IMG/VR virus record: IMGVR_UViG_3300025655_000154
Span: 1-33,938 of that record
Direction: 5' to 3' (one strand)
DNA from: a virus
Lineage: Duplodnaviria; Caudoviricetes
Length of the DNA stretch: 33,938 nucleotides
Shown: in pieces, positions 27,358 to 33,811 of the stretch
Layout of the letters: every line of letters starts with the position of its first letter
Position numbering within the stretch: the stretch's first letter is position 1
Notes under the pieces: generated by a model
The model's input: the letters and a program-made list of their open reading frames with translations, nothing else
What the model was told of the DNA's origin: nothing
Database searches by the model: none
Translations under genes and position numbers: made by a program

Positions 27358-27554
27358 TGGCTGATTACGAAACTAGGGAAAAGTTAGCAAGGCGTAGAGA
27401 AGAACTTGCTGAAGAAGCTAAAGACAATAATCTTGTTTTTGATTATTATTCTAGTTTGATCGAGGACGGTATGCGAAAACAGTTTATATGGCATAAATTT
27501 GAATCAGGTAGAGAAACTAAAGAAACTATTACAACGCCATATAATGAATCCTAA
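27357..27554 (+). CDS. Hypothetical protein
   Basis: GGAG RBS, TAATG overlap. Confidence 0.6.
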   Translation: MADYETREKLARRREELAEEAKDNNLVFDYYSSLIEDGMRKQFIWHKFESGRETKETITTPYNES

Positions 27555-27807
27555 AGAATTTGAGCCTTTTAATATTGACGGTTATCATCGTGCAACAGAC
27601 AATACTCTCGTGCACTGGGAATACAAAGTTAGACCGTTATCTCGAATTTTCGAAAAGAACTACAGACCGCAACTTCACCATATAAAAATATTAGATAATT
27701 TTGATGGGTTGACGGAACGAAAATATGCAAAAGAAATCCTAGAGGAAATATTAGTGAACTCAGGTTTTAAAGAAAAGGAGAAAACTCCAGAGAGAAAGTT
27801 TTGGTAA
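27544..27807 (+). CDS. Hypothetical protein
   Basis: ATG 27544 overlaps the upstream gene end (ORF track uses 27499). Confidence 0.6.
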   Translation: MNPKEFEPFNIDGYHRATDNTLVHWEYKVRPLSRIFEKNYRPQLHHIKILDNFDGLTERKYAKEILEEILVNSGFKEKEKTPERKFW

Positions 27808-27808
27808 C

Positions 27809-27951
27809 TGAGTCAGGAACTCCTATTAATATCGTTGCGAGGGGCAACGTCAAGAAACTATACTTCCTGACTCAAACAAATCGGTAAAAGTTTTTAATCA
27901 TTTTGTTTTCTTTTATCGGTTAATTCATAATCTGTATAGTTTCTACCCCTC
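27809..27951 (+). ncRNA. Putative double-pseudoknot RNA with anti-SD and anti-start-codon loops
   Basis: Perfect 11-bp helices 27809-27819/27864-27874 and 27853-27863/27934-27944; hairpin 27833-27849; 12-bp hairpin 27879-27921; GAGGG(G)/(C)CCCTC pairing. Confidence 0.7.
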
Positions 27952-27957
27952 ACTAAT

Positions 27958-27989
27958 CGCTTTACTTTCTAGTAAATGTAACTTATATT
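27958..27989 (+). promoter_or_regulatory. Repeated phage promoter
   Basis: CGC-TTTACT-TT, 17 nt, TATATT; AGAAAGGAGAAA RBS follows. Confidence 0.8.
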
Positions 27990-28029
27990 ATTTATAGTAA
28001 GTAAACAGCTTTATAGAAAGGAGAAAATT

Positions 28030-28470
28030 ATGAAAGGATTACTTAACGGATACCTTATCGACCCTGTCGAACAAGAAGTTACATGGCGTAGTTTTAGTGA
28101 GTCGAAAATTAGAAACGTTATCGGTTGCGACTTACTCGAATTAGTTTATCTACATGACGAAAATCGCGTGATAGTTCTTGATGAAGAGGGGTTATTAAAA
28201 AACAATCAACGCTACTGGAAATACGGTGATATGAATAACGTCTTGAACAATGCTTTTGCAGGTAAAGGAATTATTTTAGGTTTCGATTTCGACAAAGGTG
28301 AATTTATTGATATTTGTCCAGATTTTCCTGACAAACAAACTGATTCAAACATAATTTTAGAATGTATTGAAAACACTTATACTGAAATTGAAGCTAAAGT
28401 TTCTTTTATTGAAGATGAAAATTACTCGGAAGAACCATTCTTCCAATTTGTTCCTATGGAGAATTTATAA
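28030..28470 (+). CDS. DUF3846-like protein
   Basis: YLIDP...IGCDLLELV...VLDEEGLL...FAGKGIILG pattern. Confidence 0.65.
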   Translation: MKGLLNGYLIDPVEQEVTWRSFSESKIRNVIGCDLLELVYLHDENRVIVLDEEGLLKNNQRYWKYGDMNNVLNNAFAGKGIILGFDFDKGEFIDICPDFPDKQTDSNIILECIENTYTEIEAKVSFIEDENYSEEPFFQFVPMENL

Positions 28471-28829
28471 TGGAAATTAAAAATATGCGAGGTGCATTCG
28501 GCTCAGATAAAATTGCAGACGATGTTATTCAGTGGGCGAGGGATTGTGGTTTGTTGTTACAACCGCAAACAGATCGTCAGTTTCTAAAACTTATCGAAGA
28601 AGTTGGCGAAACGATTAGTGCTTATAATCATCTAGCTCCAGGATCTTCGTTCGACGACAGCAAAGAACTTATCGATGGGTTAGGTGATTGTTTTGTCGTA
28701 TTAATAGTTATATGTGCACAGCTTGGTTGGCATCCGAACTGGGTTATTTCACAGGCTTACAATGAAATTAAAAATCGTAAAGGTCAAATGTTTAATGGTT
28801 ACTTCTTGAAGGAGAACGAAGATGAGTAA
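28470..28829 (+). CDS. MazG-like nucleotide pyrophosphohydrolase
   Basis: QFLKLIEEVGE...IDGLGDCFVVL...AYNEIKNRKG (EExxE...D metal motif). Confidence 0.85.
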   Translation: MEIKNMRGAFGSDKIADDVIQWARDCGLLLQPQTDRQFLKLIEEVGETISAYNHLAPGSSFDDSKELIDGLGDCFVVLIVICAQLGWHPNWVISQAYNEIKNRKGQMFNGYFLKENEDE

Positions 28830-29028
28830 ATATAACTATGCAATAGTGAAAACAATAACAGCATATATAAATGCAGAAGATGATAACGATCTACTCAATC
28901 TATATTCAGAGGGAATAGTAGACGAAGAATTATATGATGCAACAGAAAATGCTGATTACACCTTTTACAGAATAAACAGCAATAATGAAAAGCAAGTGAT
29001 TAACTTTAAGGAGAACGAAGATGATTAA
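28822..29028 (+). CDS. Small acidic hypothetical protein
   Basis: AAGGAG RBS inside the junction repeat. Confidence 0.65.
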   Translation: MSKYNYAIVKTITAYINAEDDNDLLNLYSEGIVDEELYDATENADYTFYRINSNNEKQVINFKENEDD

Positions 29029-29149
29029 AGTAATTATAGAATTAGAATTTGATGATAAGCCGACTGATGCAGATGTTTACAATTATCTGAATGAGTTAAT
29101 GGATAATGATTGTTTGGGATATGAAATCAAGGGGAACGAAGATGATTAA
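29021..29149 (+). CDS. Small acidic hypothetical protein (42 aa)
   Basis: Read by hand: MIKVIIELEFDDKPTDADVYNYLNELMDNDCLGYEIKGNEDD; lies exactly between two junction repeats. Confidence 0.65.
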   Translation: MIKVIIELEFDDKPTDADVYNYLNELMDNDCLGYEIKGNEDD

Positions 29150-29423
29150 AAACATATCGTTTAAAGATAAAGATGAAGCAATGGTATTCTTACGTGAAGC
29201 TTGTAATGGTAGATTAAAGCTCGGTGGAACTGAACACGGAAGCGAACTTTACCAAGTATCACCTGTTGCGATAGTTATCGTTAGGAATGTAGGATTAGTT
29301 ACATTTTTTATTAACGAAAGTTATGAAGATATATGCGAATATCTTGTAAGTTTCAATATAGCTGTAGATGAATTATTAGATGAAAGAGGAATTTATTACC
29401 TTAAGGAGGAAACAGATGTCTGA
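29142..29423 (+). CDS. Hypothetical protein
   Basis: ATG 29142 in the junction repeat (ORF track start 29106). Confidence 0.65.
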   Translation: MIKNISFKDKDEAMVFLREACNGRLKLGGTEHGSELYQVSPVAIVIVRNVGLVTFFINESYEDICEYLVSFNIAVDELLDERGIYYLKEETDV

Positions 29424-29757
29424 ATATAAAAACATAGGTTTACATGAAGTTTTATTTGCAAAATATGATGACGATGGAAACGCAGAAGAATGGGGGAGTG
29501 GAAAAGTAAAACTTTATACTGCACCTTATCAAGATTTTGAACATTTTTACGATTTTATAACTGAAGACGACTTAGAAGTAGATTCTTCTACCATAGACGC
29601 TTCAGATGCAATGGAAGTTTTATGTAGATTACTTACCCATATGTATGACGAAAATATATTAACGAGAGCTAGTGCTCAACGAGCCAGTCCTGAGTTAAAA
29701 AAGATCTATAACGATGCTTGCGAACTAGCAAATGAATATCAGGGGCTTCATGACTAA
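29416..29757 (+). CDS. Acidic hypothetical protein
   Basis: TAAGGAGG RBS before ATG 29416. Confidence 0.7.
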   Translation: MSEYKNIGLHEVLFAKYDDDGNAEEWGSGKVKLYTAPYQDFEHFYDFITEDDLEVDSSTIDASDAMEVLCRLLTHMYDENILTRASAQRASPELKKIYNDACELANEYQGLHD

Positions 29758-29980
29758 TCAACGATTTATTGGGGCAGTAGGGTATTTACTCGATACCATC
29801 ACCAAATCTGGCAAAGGACAGGAGACAGAGGTGATTATAAAATTAAAATTTAGATTACCTGAAGAAGAAAATCCAACCTTATATGCGAGCACTGTGACTG
29901 AAGCTTTACGTCGATTGCTCGATAGCAAAGAACTTTTTCGAAAGTTAGTAAAACTTGATAAAGGGGAACTAGATGATTGA
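29750..29980 (+). CDS. Hypothetical protein
   Basis: AGGGG before ATG 29750, overlapping the upstream stop. Confidence 0.6.
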   Translation: MTNQRFIGAVGYLLDTITKSGKGQETEVIIKLKFRLPEEENPTLYASTVTEALRRLLDSKELFRKLVKLDKGELDD

Positions 29981-30053
29981 TGTTCCTTACCCTTTATTTA
30001 TCATCGAAACATTAATTGCATTAATACTTTTTTACATTATTTGGAGACTATAA
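29973..30053 (+). CDS. 26-aa single-transmembrane peptide
   Basis: Read by hand: MIDVPYPLFIIETLIALILFYIIWRL; AAGGGG RBS; fills the gap between neighbours. Confidence 0.55.
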   Translation: MIDVPYPLFIIETLIALILFYIIWRL

Positions 30054-30176
30054 ATGTCGTGTGAAGAAAACCAAAGAATATTAGAAGATTTATATCAACA
30101 ATATATTGATAAAGGATATACGCCAGCGGTTGCTGAAGCGTTAGCTAAAAAAGATTTTGAGGATTTATGCCAGTAA
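30054..30176 (+). CDS. Small hypothetical protein (40 aa)
   Basis: Read by hand: MSCEENQRILEDLYQQY...KKDFEDLCQ; GGAG RBS. Confidence 0.6.
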   Translation: MSCEENQRILEDLYQQYIDKGYTPAVAEALAKKDFEDLCQ

Positions 30177-30201
30177 AAACATTAATGGGTTTATCGTTAA
30201 T

Positions 30202-30233
30202 GGCTTTATTTTCTAGTTTATGGTTAGTATTAT
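30202..30233 (+). promoter_or_regulatory. Variant of the repeated phage promoter
   Basis: GGC-TTTATT-TT, 17 nt, TATTAT; AAAGGAGG RBS follows. Confidence 0.65.
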
Positions 30234-30278
30234 TAATACTATAACTACTTTACTTTTCATACAAACAAAGGAGGGAAA

Positions 30279-30515
30279 ATGTCAGTAGAAAGAAATGTAC
30301 AAGTGCCACTAAATAGTATGTGGCAGTTTTTAACCAAAGAAAACTTTGAAGAACAACTCGGTAGAAAGATATCCGAAGCTGTTTGGAATGAGTTCTTGAA
30401 CCGTTGCCATGACGATTGGTCTACACAGGCAGCAGACTTAGCTTACGATATGTTGAGCGAAGAAATTGATGATATTATTTTTGACCTTACGGAGGAAGAT
30501 AATGGAACTTTTTAA
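30279..30515 (+). CDS. Small acidic hypothetical protein
   Basis: AAGGAGG RBS; D/E-rich. Confidence 0.7.
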   Translation: MSVERNVQVPLNSMWQFLTKENFEEQLGRKISEAVWNEFLNRCHDDWSTQAADLAYDMLSEEIDDIIFDLTEEDNGTF

Positions 30516-30801
30516 TATTTATACAGAACGTGATGCGGTGTTTAGCACTGGTTTCACTTTAGTTGCTAGAAACGTGACCTTAGATAATGCTAAAAAGATT
30601 ATCGCCCTTTACGATCAGCTTTGGGATATTGTTGTTGACAAAGGCTCTGAGCACTTAGAAAAAGGTCAAGAAACCGATTATTTGACAGCCGATACAGTTC
30701 TTCGTAGCTGGGAAGGTTGTGATGTTGTTGCGGTTAGTGTTGATAATTTGCGTCGTTATTATTACGATGACGGTGAGTGGGATACACTTAATAATAGTTG
30801 A
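30502..30801 (+). CDS. Hypothetical protein (putative sRNA target)
   Basis: GGAGG RBS before ATG 30502 (ORF track start 30466). Confidence 0.7.
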   Translation: MELFNIYTERDAVFSTGFTLVARNVTLDNAKKIIALYDQLWDIVVDKGSEHLEKGQETDYLTADTVLRSWEGCDVVAVSVDNLRRYYYDDGEWDTLNNS

Positions 30802-30827
30802 TGAGGTCAAGGGTTATGGGTTATAAT
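30798..30827 (+). promoter_or_regulatory. Sigma70-type promoter
   Basis: TTGATG (30798-30803), 18 nt, TATAAT (30822-30827). Confidence 0.6.
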
Positions 30828-30830
30828 AGT

Positions 30831-30944
30831 TTTGGTTGCTCTCCTGCCCTCCTTGTATCAACATCATATCAAATGGAGAGTAGCCAAACGCTCTCTGTGG
30901 AATCGACTCCTATTAGATTATTCATATTCGGTTTCGCAGAGGGC
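30831..30944 (+). ncRNA. Tandem hairpin RNA/leader with anti-SD loops
   Basis: 14-bp stem 30831-30844/30875-30888 (loop has CCCTCCTT) and 17-bp stem 30890-30906/30928-30944 (loop starts CTCCTATTAG); several G-U pairs indicate + strand RNA. Confidence 0.7.
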
Positions 30945-30965
30945 ACTTTTAGAAAGGAGAAATAA

Positions 30966-31229
30966 GTGATTATAGTTATTTACGAAATACGTGACGGTGA
31001 ACACGAATACGAGTCTATCGACTATTTTAGAGATAAAAATATATCCGATTATCGAGAAGGTAAAATTACCGATTTAGATTTATTAAACGAAAAATATGGT
31101 ATAGAAGCCAGTGACCGTGATAATGAAGATAGTAGTTGGTATTGGATGGGTGGTCTTAGAACAGTTCAAGTTTATAGTGTTCAAGAAATTACAGAAGAAG
31201 AATTAGATATCGTTTCGAGGTTTATATGA
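30966..31229 (+). CDS. Acidic hypothetical protein
   Basis: AGAAAGGAGAAA RBS, GTG start. Confidence 0.7.
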   Translation: MIIVIYEIRDGEHEYESIDYFRDKNISDYREGKITDLDLLNEKYGIEASDRDNEDSSWYWMGGLRTVQVYSVQEITEEELDIVSRFI

Positions 31230-31726
31230 ATATATTTGTATTAAACGAAGATCCAATCCAAGCTGCAAAAGACCAATGCGATAAGCATGTAGTTAAAATG
31301 ATATTAGAAACAGCTCAGATGTTATCGACTACTCAGCGTTGGTTTTACGAAGACGATTATTGTAATAGAGTTGGTTATTATAAGATTGCTCATATTAACC
31401 ACCCTTGTACGATTTGGGCTAGGACAGATGCTAGTAATTACCAATGGTTATACGAACATTTTGTAGCGTTATGTGATGAATATACGAAACGCTATGGCAA
31501 AGTCCATTTAACCGATACTAAGTTGCGAGATAAGCTATCTTACATTCCTGGAGATATGCCAAGTTCTTATCCAAATAAGACAACACCATTTGCCCAAGCT
31601 ATGCCTGACGAATATAAAGATCCAACCGATGCAGTTAAAGCATATCGGAACTATTACATTGGCGAGAAGTCAGGGTTTGCTAAATGGGAGTATACCGACC
31701 CTCCTGAATGGTTCGTTGCCAGTTGA
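31226..31726 (+). CDS. Pyrimidine-dimer DNA glycosylase/endonuclease V-like family protein
   Basis: MNIFVL...CDKHVVKMILETAQMLST, HINHPCTIWAR, EYTKRYGKVH, FAQAMPDEYK, AYRNYY. Confidence 0.75.
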   Translation: MNIFVLNEDPIQAAKDQCDKHVVKMILETAQMLSTTQRWFYEDDYCNRVGYYKIAHINHPCTIWARTDASNYQWLYEHFVALCDEYTKRYGKVHLTDTKLRDKLSYIPGDMPSSYPNKTTPFAQAMPDEYKDPTDAVKAYRNYYIGEKSGFAKWEYTDPPEWFVAS

Positions 31727-31730
31727 TCTG

Positions 31731-31753
31731 ACCCCTCATAAGAGGGGTTTTTT
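31731..31753 (+). terminator. Rho-independent terminator
   Basis: ACCCCTC-ATAA-GAGGGGT followed by a T run. Confidence 0.85.
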
Positions 31754-31779
31754 GTGCTTGGTTAGCTCTCCAGTCTATT

Positions 31780-32050
31780 AATTTATTAGTCTTATATAGT
31801 TATTTCTAAAATATTTTATTTTTTAAAAAAAATTTCTAAAATGGCTAATATCACTAATAAAGTAATAGAATCGTCGTCAAAGTCTCGTGGTTAAAGGTTT
31901 TTTCGGTCTATTACTTTTTTTAAAATCTATTAGATTTTAACCAACCTATTACTTTTTTAGAGTTGTGGGCAGGTGGATGCGGCACAGTATATAATTCAGA
32001 AAGGAAAAGTTTTTTATTTTTTCTTTTTTAATTTAAAATTAGAGAAATAT
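31780..32050. other. AT-rich non-coding region with inverted/direct repeats (candidate replication origin)
   Basis: CTATTACTTTTTT twice, inverted AAAGTAATAGA, 21-bp palindrome 31920-31940, A/T tracts on both sides. Confidence 0.5.
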
Positions 32051-32075
32051 ATCGACGCAACAGGGGTTTAAGCCT

Positions 32076-32621
32076 ATGAAAGAATTAGAGTACGTAAGAT
32101 TAGAACCAACAGAAGATGGTAAAGGTATGGTAGATCCAGACGGTAAGATCTGGCAACCGTTAAACAGTAAACAAAAACGATTCGTTAGCGAGTATATAAA
32201 AGGCGAAAGTGCTACACAAGCGGCTATAAAAGCAGGCTATACCAAGAATCGTAACGCAGCCAAACGACAGGGCAGTGTGTTACTAAATCACAACCCAGTA
32301 GTCCGAAACTACCTTATAGACCAATCAATAAAGTTGCAAGAGAGGTCTAGGGTAGATATAGACTCTCATCTTTCAGCTCTTTACGATTTAAGAGAAGAAG
32401 CCAAAGACCAAGGACAAATATCAGCGGCTATAACAGCCGAAGTCCATCGAGGGAAGGCTGGTGGACTGTATGTCGACCGACGAGAGATCATCCAACAACA
32501 GATCCAATCCATGCCAAAGGAAGAAATTATCCAACGCCTTGAACAATTAATCCAAGCCAACTTCCCAAAAATCATAGAAGCCCAAGTCGTCCAACCAACC
32601 AACCAAACCAAAGACCAATAA
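32076..32621 (+). CDS. terS: Terminase small subunit
   Basis: LNSKQKRFVSEYI...ATQAAIKAGY...GSVLL..P.V HTH typical of TerS; AAITAEVHRGKAGGLY. Confidence 0.85.
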   Translation: MKELEYVRLEPTEDGKGMVDPDGKIWQPLNSKQKRFVSEYIKGESATQAAIKAGYTKNRNAAKRQGSVLLNHNPVVRNYLIDQSIKLQERSRVDIDSHLSALYDLREEAKDQGQISAAITAEVHRGKAGGLYVDRREIIQQQIQSMPKEEIIQRLEQLIQANFPKIIEAQVVQPTNQTKDQ

Positions 32622-32684
32622 CCATCGTCCCTCGTCCTTCGTCCTTGGTCAATCGATCGTCTATCGTGGTTCGTGGTTCGTCGC
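32591..32684 (+). repeat. CCAA tract plus TCGTnnn heptamer array, block 1
   Basis: (CCAA)n then TCGTCCC TCGTCCT TCGTCCT ... TCGTCTA TCGTGGT TCGTGGT TCGTCGC. Confidence 0.75.
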
Positions 32685-32736
32685 AAACTAGGTGACTAAG
32701 CGATGAAAGAGGGAAGATAAATTAGATAAAATAGTT

Positions 32737-32766
32737 CTTTACTTTTATTATTAAATCGGCAACAAT
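32737..32766 (+). promoter_or_regulatory. Repeated phage promoter (variant)
   Basis: C-TTTACT-TT, 17 nt, AACAAT; 5' hairpin GTTAATTAAA/TTTAATTAAC; AGAAAGGAGAAA RBS. Confidence 0.6.
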
Positions 32767-32825
32767 ATATATAGTTAATTAAATGGTTTAATTAACACTA
32801 ACAAGTTTTAGAAAGGAGAAAGATT

Positions 32826-33107
32826 ATGAAAAAACTTGATATGCCAAACGTGACTGTTAGATCTAGACAAGGTGTGACAGCATACAAACTAACTTGCGAG
32901 TCTATTCCAAAGATCGCACCACAGGCTCAGCTGATCCTCTGGGCGGTTAGCGAGTGTGCTGACAAGAATGGTCTAGCGACAGTTGAGAACATTGCCGAGT
33001 TCCTAAAAGGTGTCGACAATTTCAAAACTGTCCAGCCAGTCATTAGGGTAATTAGACATTACCAAAAAGATATGGCTGATCGAGGTCTGATAGAGCTCGT
33101 AGCCTAA
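32826..33107 (+). CDS. Winged-helix-like protein, paralogue 2
   Basis: PQAQLIL...KTVQPVIRVIRHYQKDMADRGLIELV. Confidence 0.7.
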   Translation: MKKLDMPNVTVRSRQGVTAYKLTCESIPKIAPQAQLILWAVSECADKNGLATVENIAEFLKGVDNFKTVQPVIRVIRHYQKDMADRGLIELVA

Positions 33108-33110
33108 TCC

Positions 33111-33139
33111 AAAGTGCCCACTTCGGTGGGCATTTTTTT
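33111..33139 (+). terminator. Rho-independent terminator
   Basis: GTGCCCAC-TTCG-GTGGGCAT (cUUCGg tetraloop) plus T run. Confidence 0.9.
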
Positions 33140-33140
33140 A

Positions 33141-33293
33141 CCCAACCCAATCACCAATCAACCAATCGCCCAATCCAACCAATCAACCAATCCAATTAAC
33201 CAATTCCCAATTCCCACATTCCACCTTCCATGATCACTCGTCTCTCGTCGTTCGTGCCTGATAGTTCGTCGCTGATGGTTCGTGGTTCGTCGC
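33141..33293 (+). repeat. CCAAT tract plus TCGT array, block 2
   Basis: Degenerate CCAATC(A) units then TCGT units; ends in the same 18-mer TGGTTCGTGGTTCGTCGC as block 1. Confidence 0.75.
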
Positions 33294-33334
33294 TTTTTAT
33301 AGGTGATAAAAAAGATTAATAAAGATTAATAAAC

Positions 33335-33368
33335 CGCTTTACTTTTAAAATAATTCAGGCAATATAAT
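33335..33368 (+). promoter_or_regulatory. Repeated phage promoter
   Basis: CGC-TTTACT-TT; TATAAT at 33363-33368 (19-nt spacer); ATAGGAGAAA RBS. Confidence 0.65.
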
Positions 33369-33407
33369 AGGTATATTAACTAACTCAATAACTAATAGGA
33401 GAAAATT

Positions 33408-33713
33408 ATGAGTAAGAAAGTAAACTTAACCTTTAAAGCTACTAAGTCCGTTCGCAAGGGCAATCAGGTTTCCGCTTATACGCTTAACCCTGATAACTTA
33501 GGCGAGGCTAATAAAATGGCTGGGCAAGCTCAAGCTATAGTAGCTACGCTAGTAGAACTAGCTAACGAAACAGGTAGCTTAACTATTACTAGGGAAAAGC
33601 TACTTGATAGCCTTAACGCTACTAACGTTTTAGATAGCGTACAACCTACAGGTAAAGTCGTTAGCCATTACCATAAGAAACTACAATCGTATGGCGTATT
33701 AGAACTAATCTAA
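33408..33713 (+). CDS. Winged-helix-like protein, paralogue 3
   Basis: GQAQAIV...DSVQPTGKVVSHYHKKLQSYGVLELI. Confidence 0.7.
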   Translation: MSKKVNLTFKATKSVRKGNQVSAYTLNPDNLGEANKMAGQAQAIVATLVELANETGSLTITREKLLDSLNATNVLDSVQPTGKVVSHYHKKLQSYGVLELI

Positions 33714-33732
33714 TAGCTACTAGCTAACGGAT

Positions 33733-33756
33733 AGGGGGCTTAACGCCCCCTTTTTT
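33733..33756 (+). terminator. Rho-independent terminator
   Basis: AGGGGGC-TTAAC-GCCCCCT followed by a T run. Confidence 0.88.
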
Positions 33757-33811
33757 ATGCCCTTCGAAAAGGTTCATACCAACCTACCAATTATAAATAA
33801 TATATATAATA

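Larger units (their letters stand above)
28809..29150 (+). repeat. Gene-junction direct repeats AAGGRGAACGAAGATGA
   Basis: Copies at 28809-28825, 29008-29024 and 29129-29145; degenerate copy at 29961-29976. Confidence 0.8.

Noticed and set aside
27809-27951. HDV-like/theta ribozyme
   Set aside because: The P2 5' strand follows rather than precedes the inner hairpin, unlike HDV topology.
31590-31781. 63-aa + strand ORF
   Set aside because: Out-of-frame overlap with the glycosylase-like gene and runs through a terminator.
32381-32686. 101-aa minus-strand ORF
   Set aside because: Antisense to terS and the low-complexity repeat; composition mirrors the repeat.
32709-32720. GAGGGAAGATAA as a target of the 25.8-kb sRNA
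   Set aside because: Shorter match and not at a translation start.
32591-33293. CRISPR array
   Set aside because: Units are 4-8 bp and degenerate, with no unique spacers and no cas genes.
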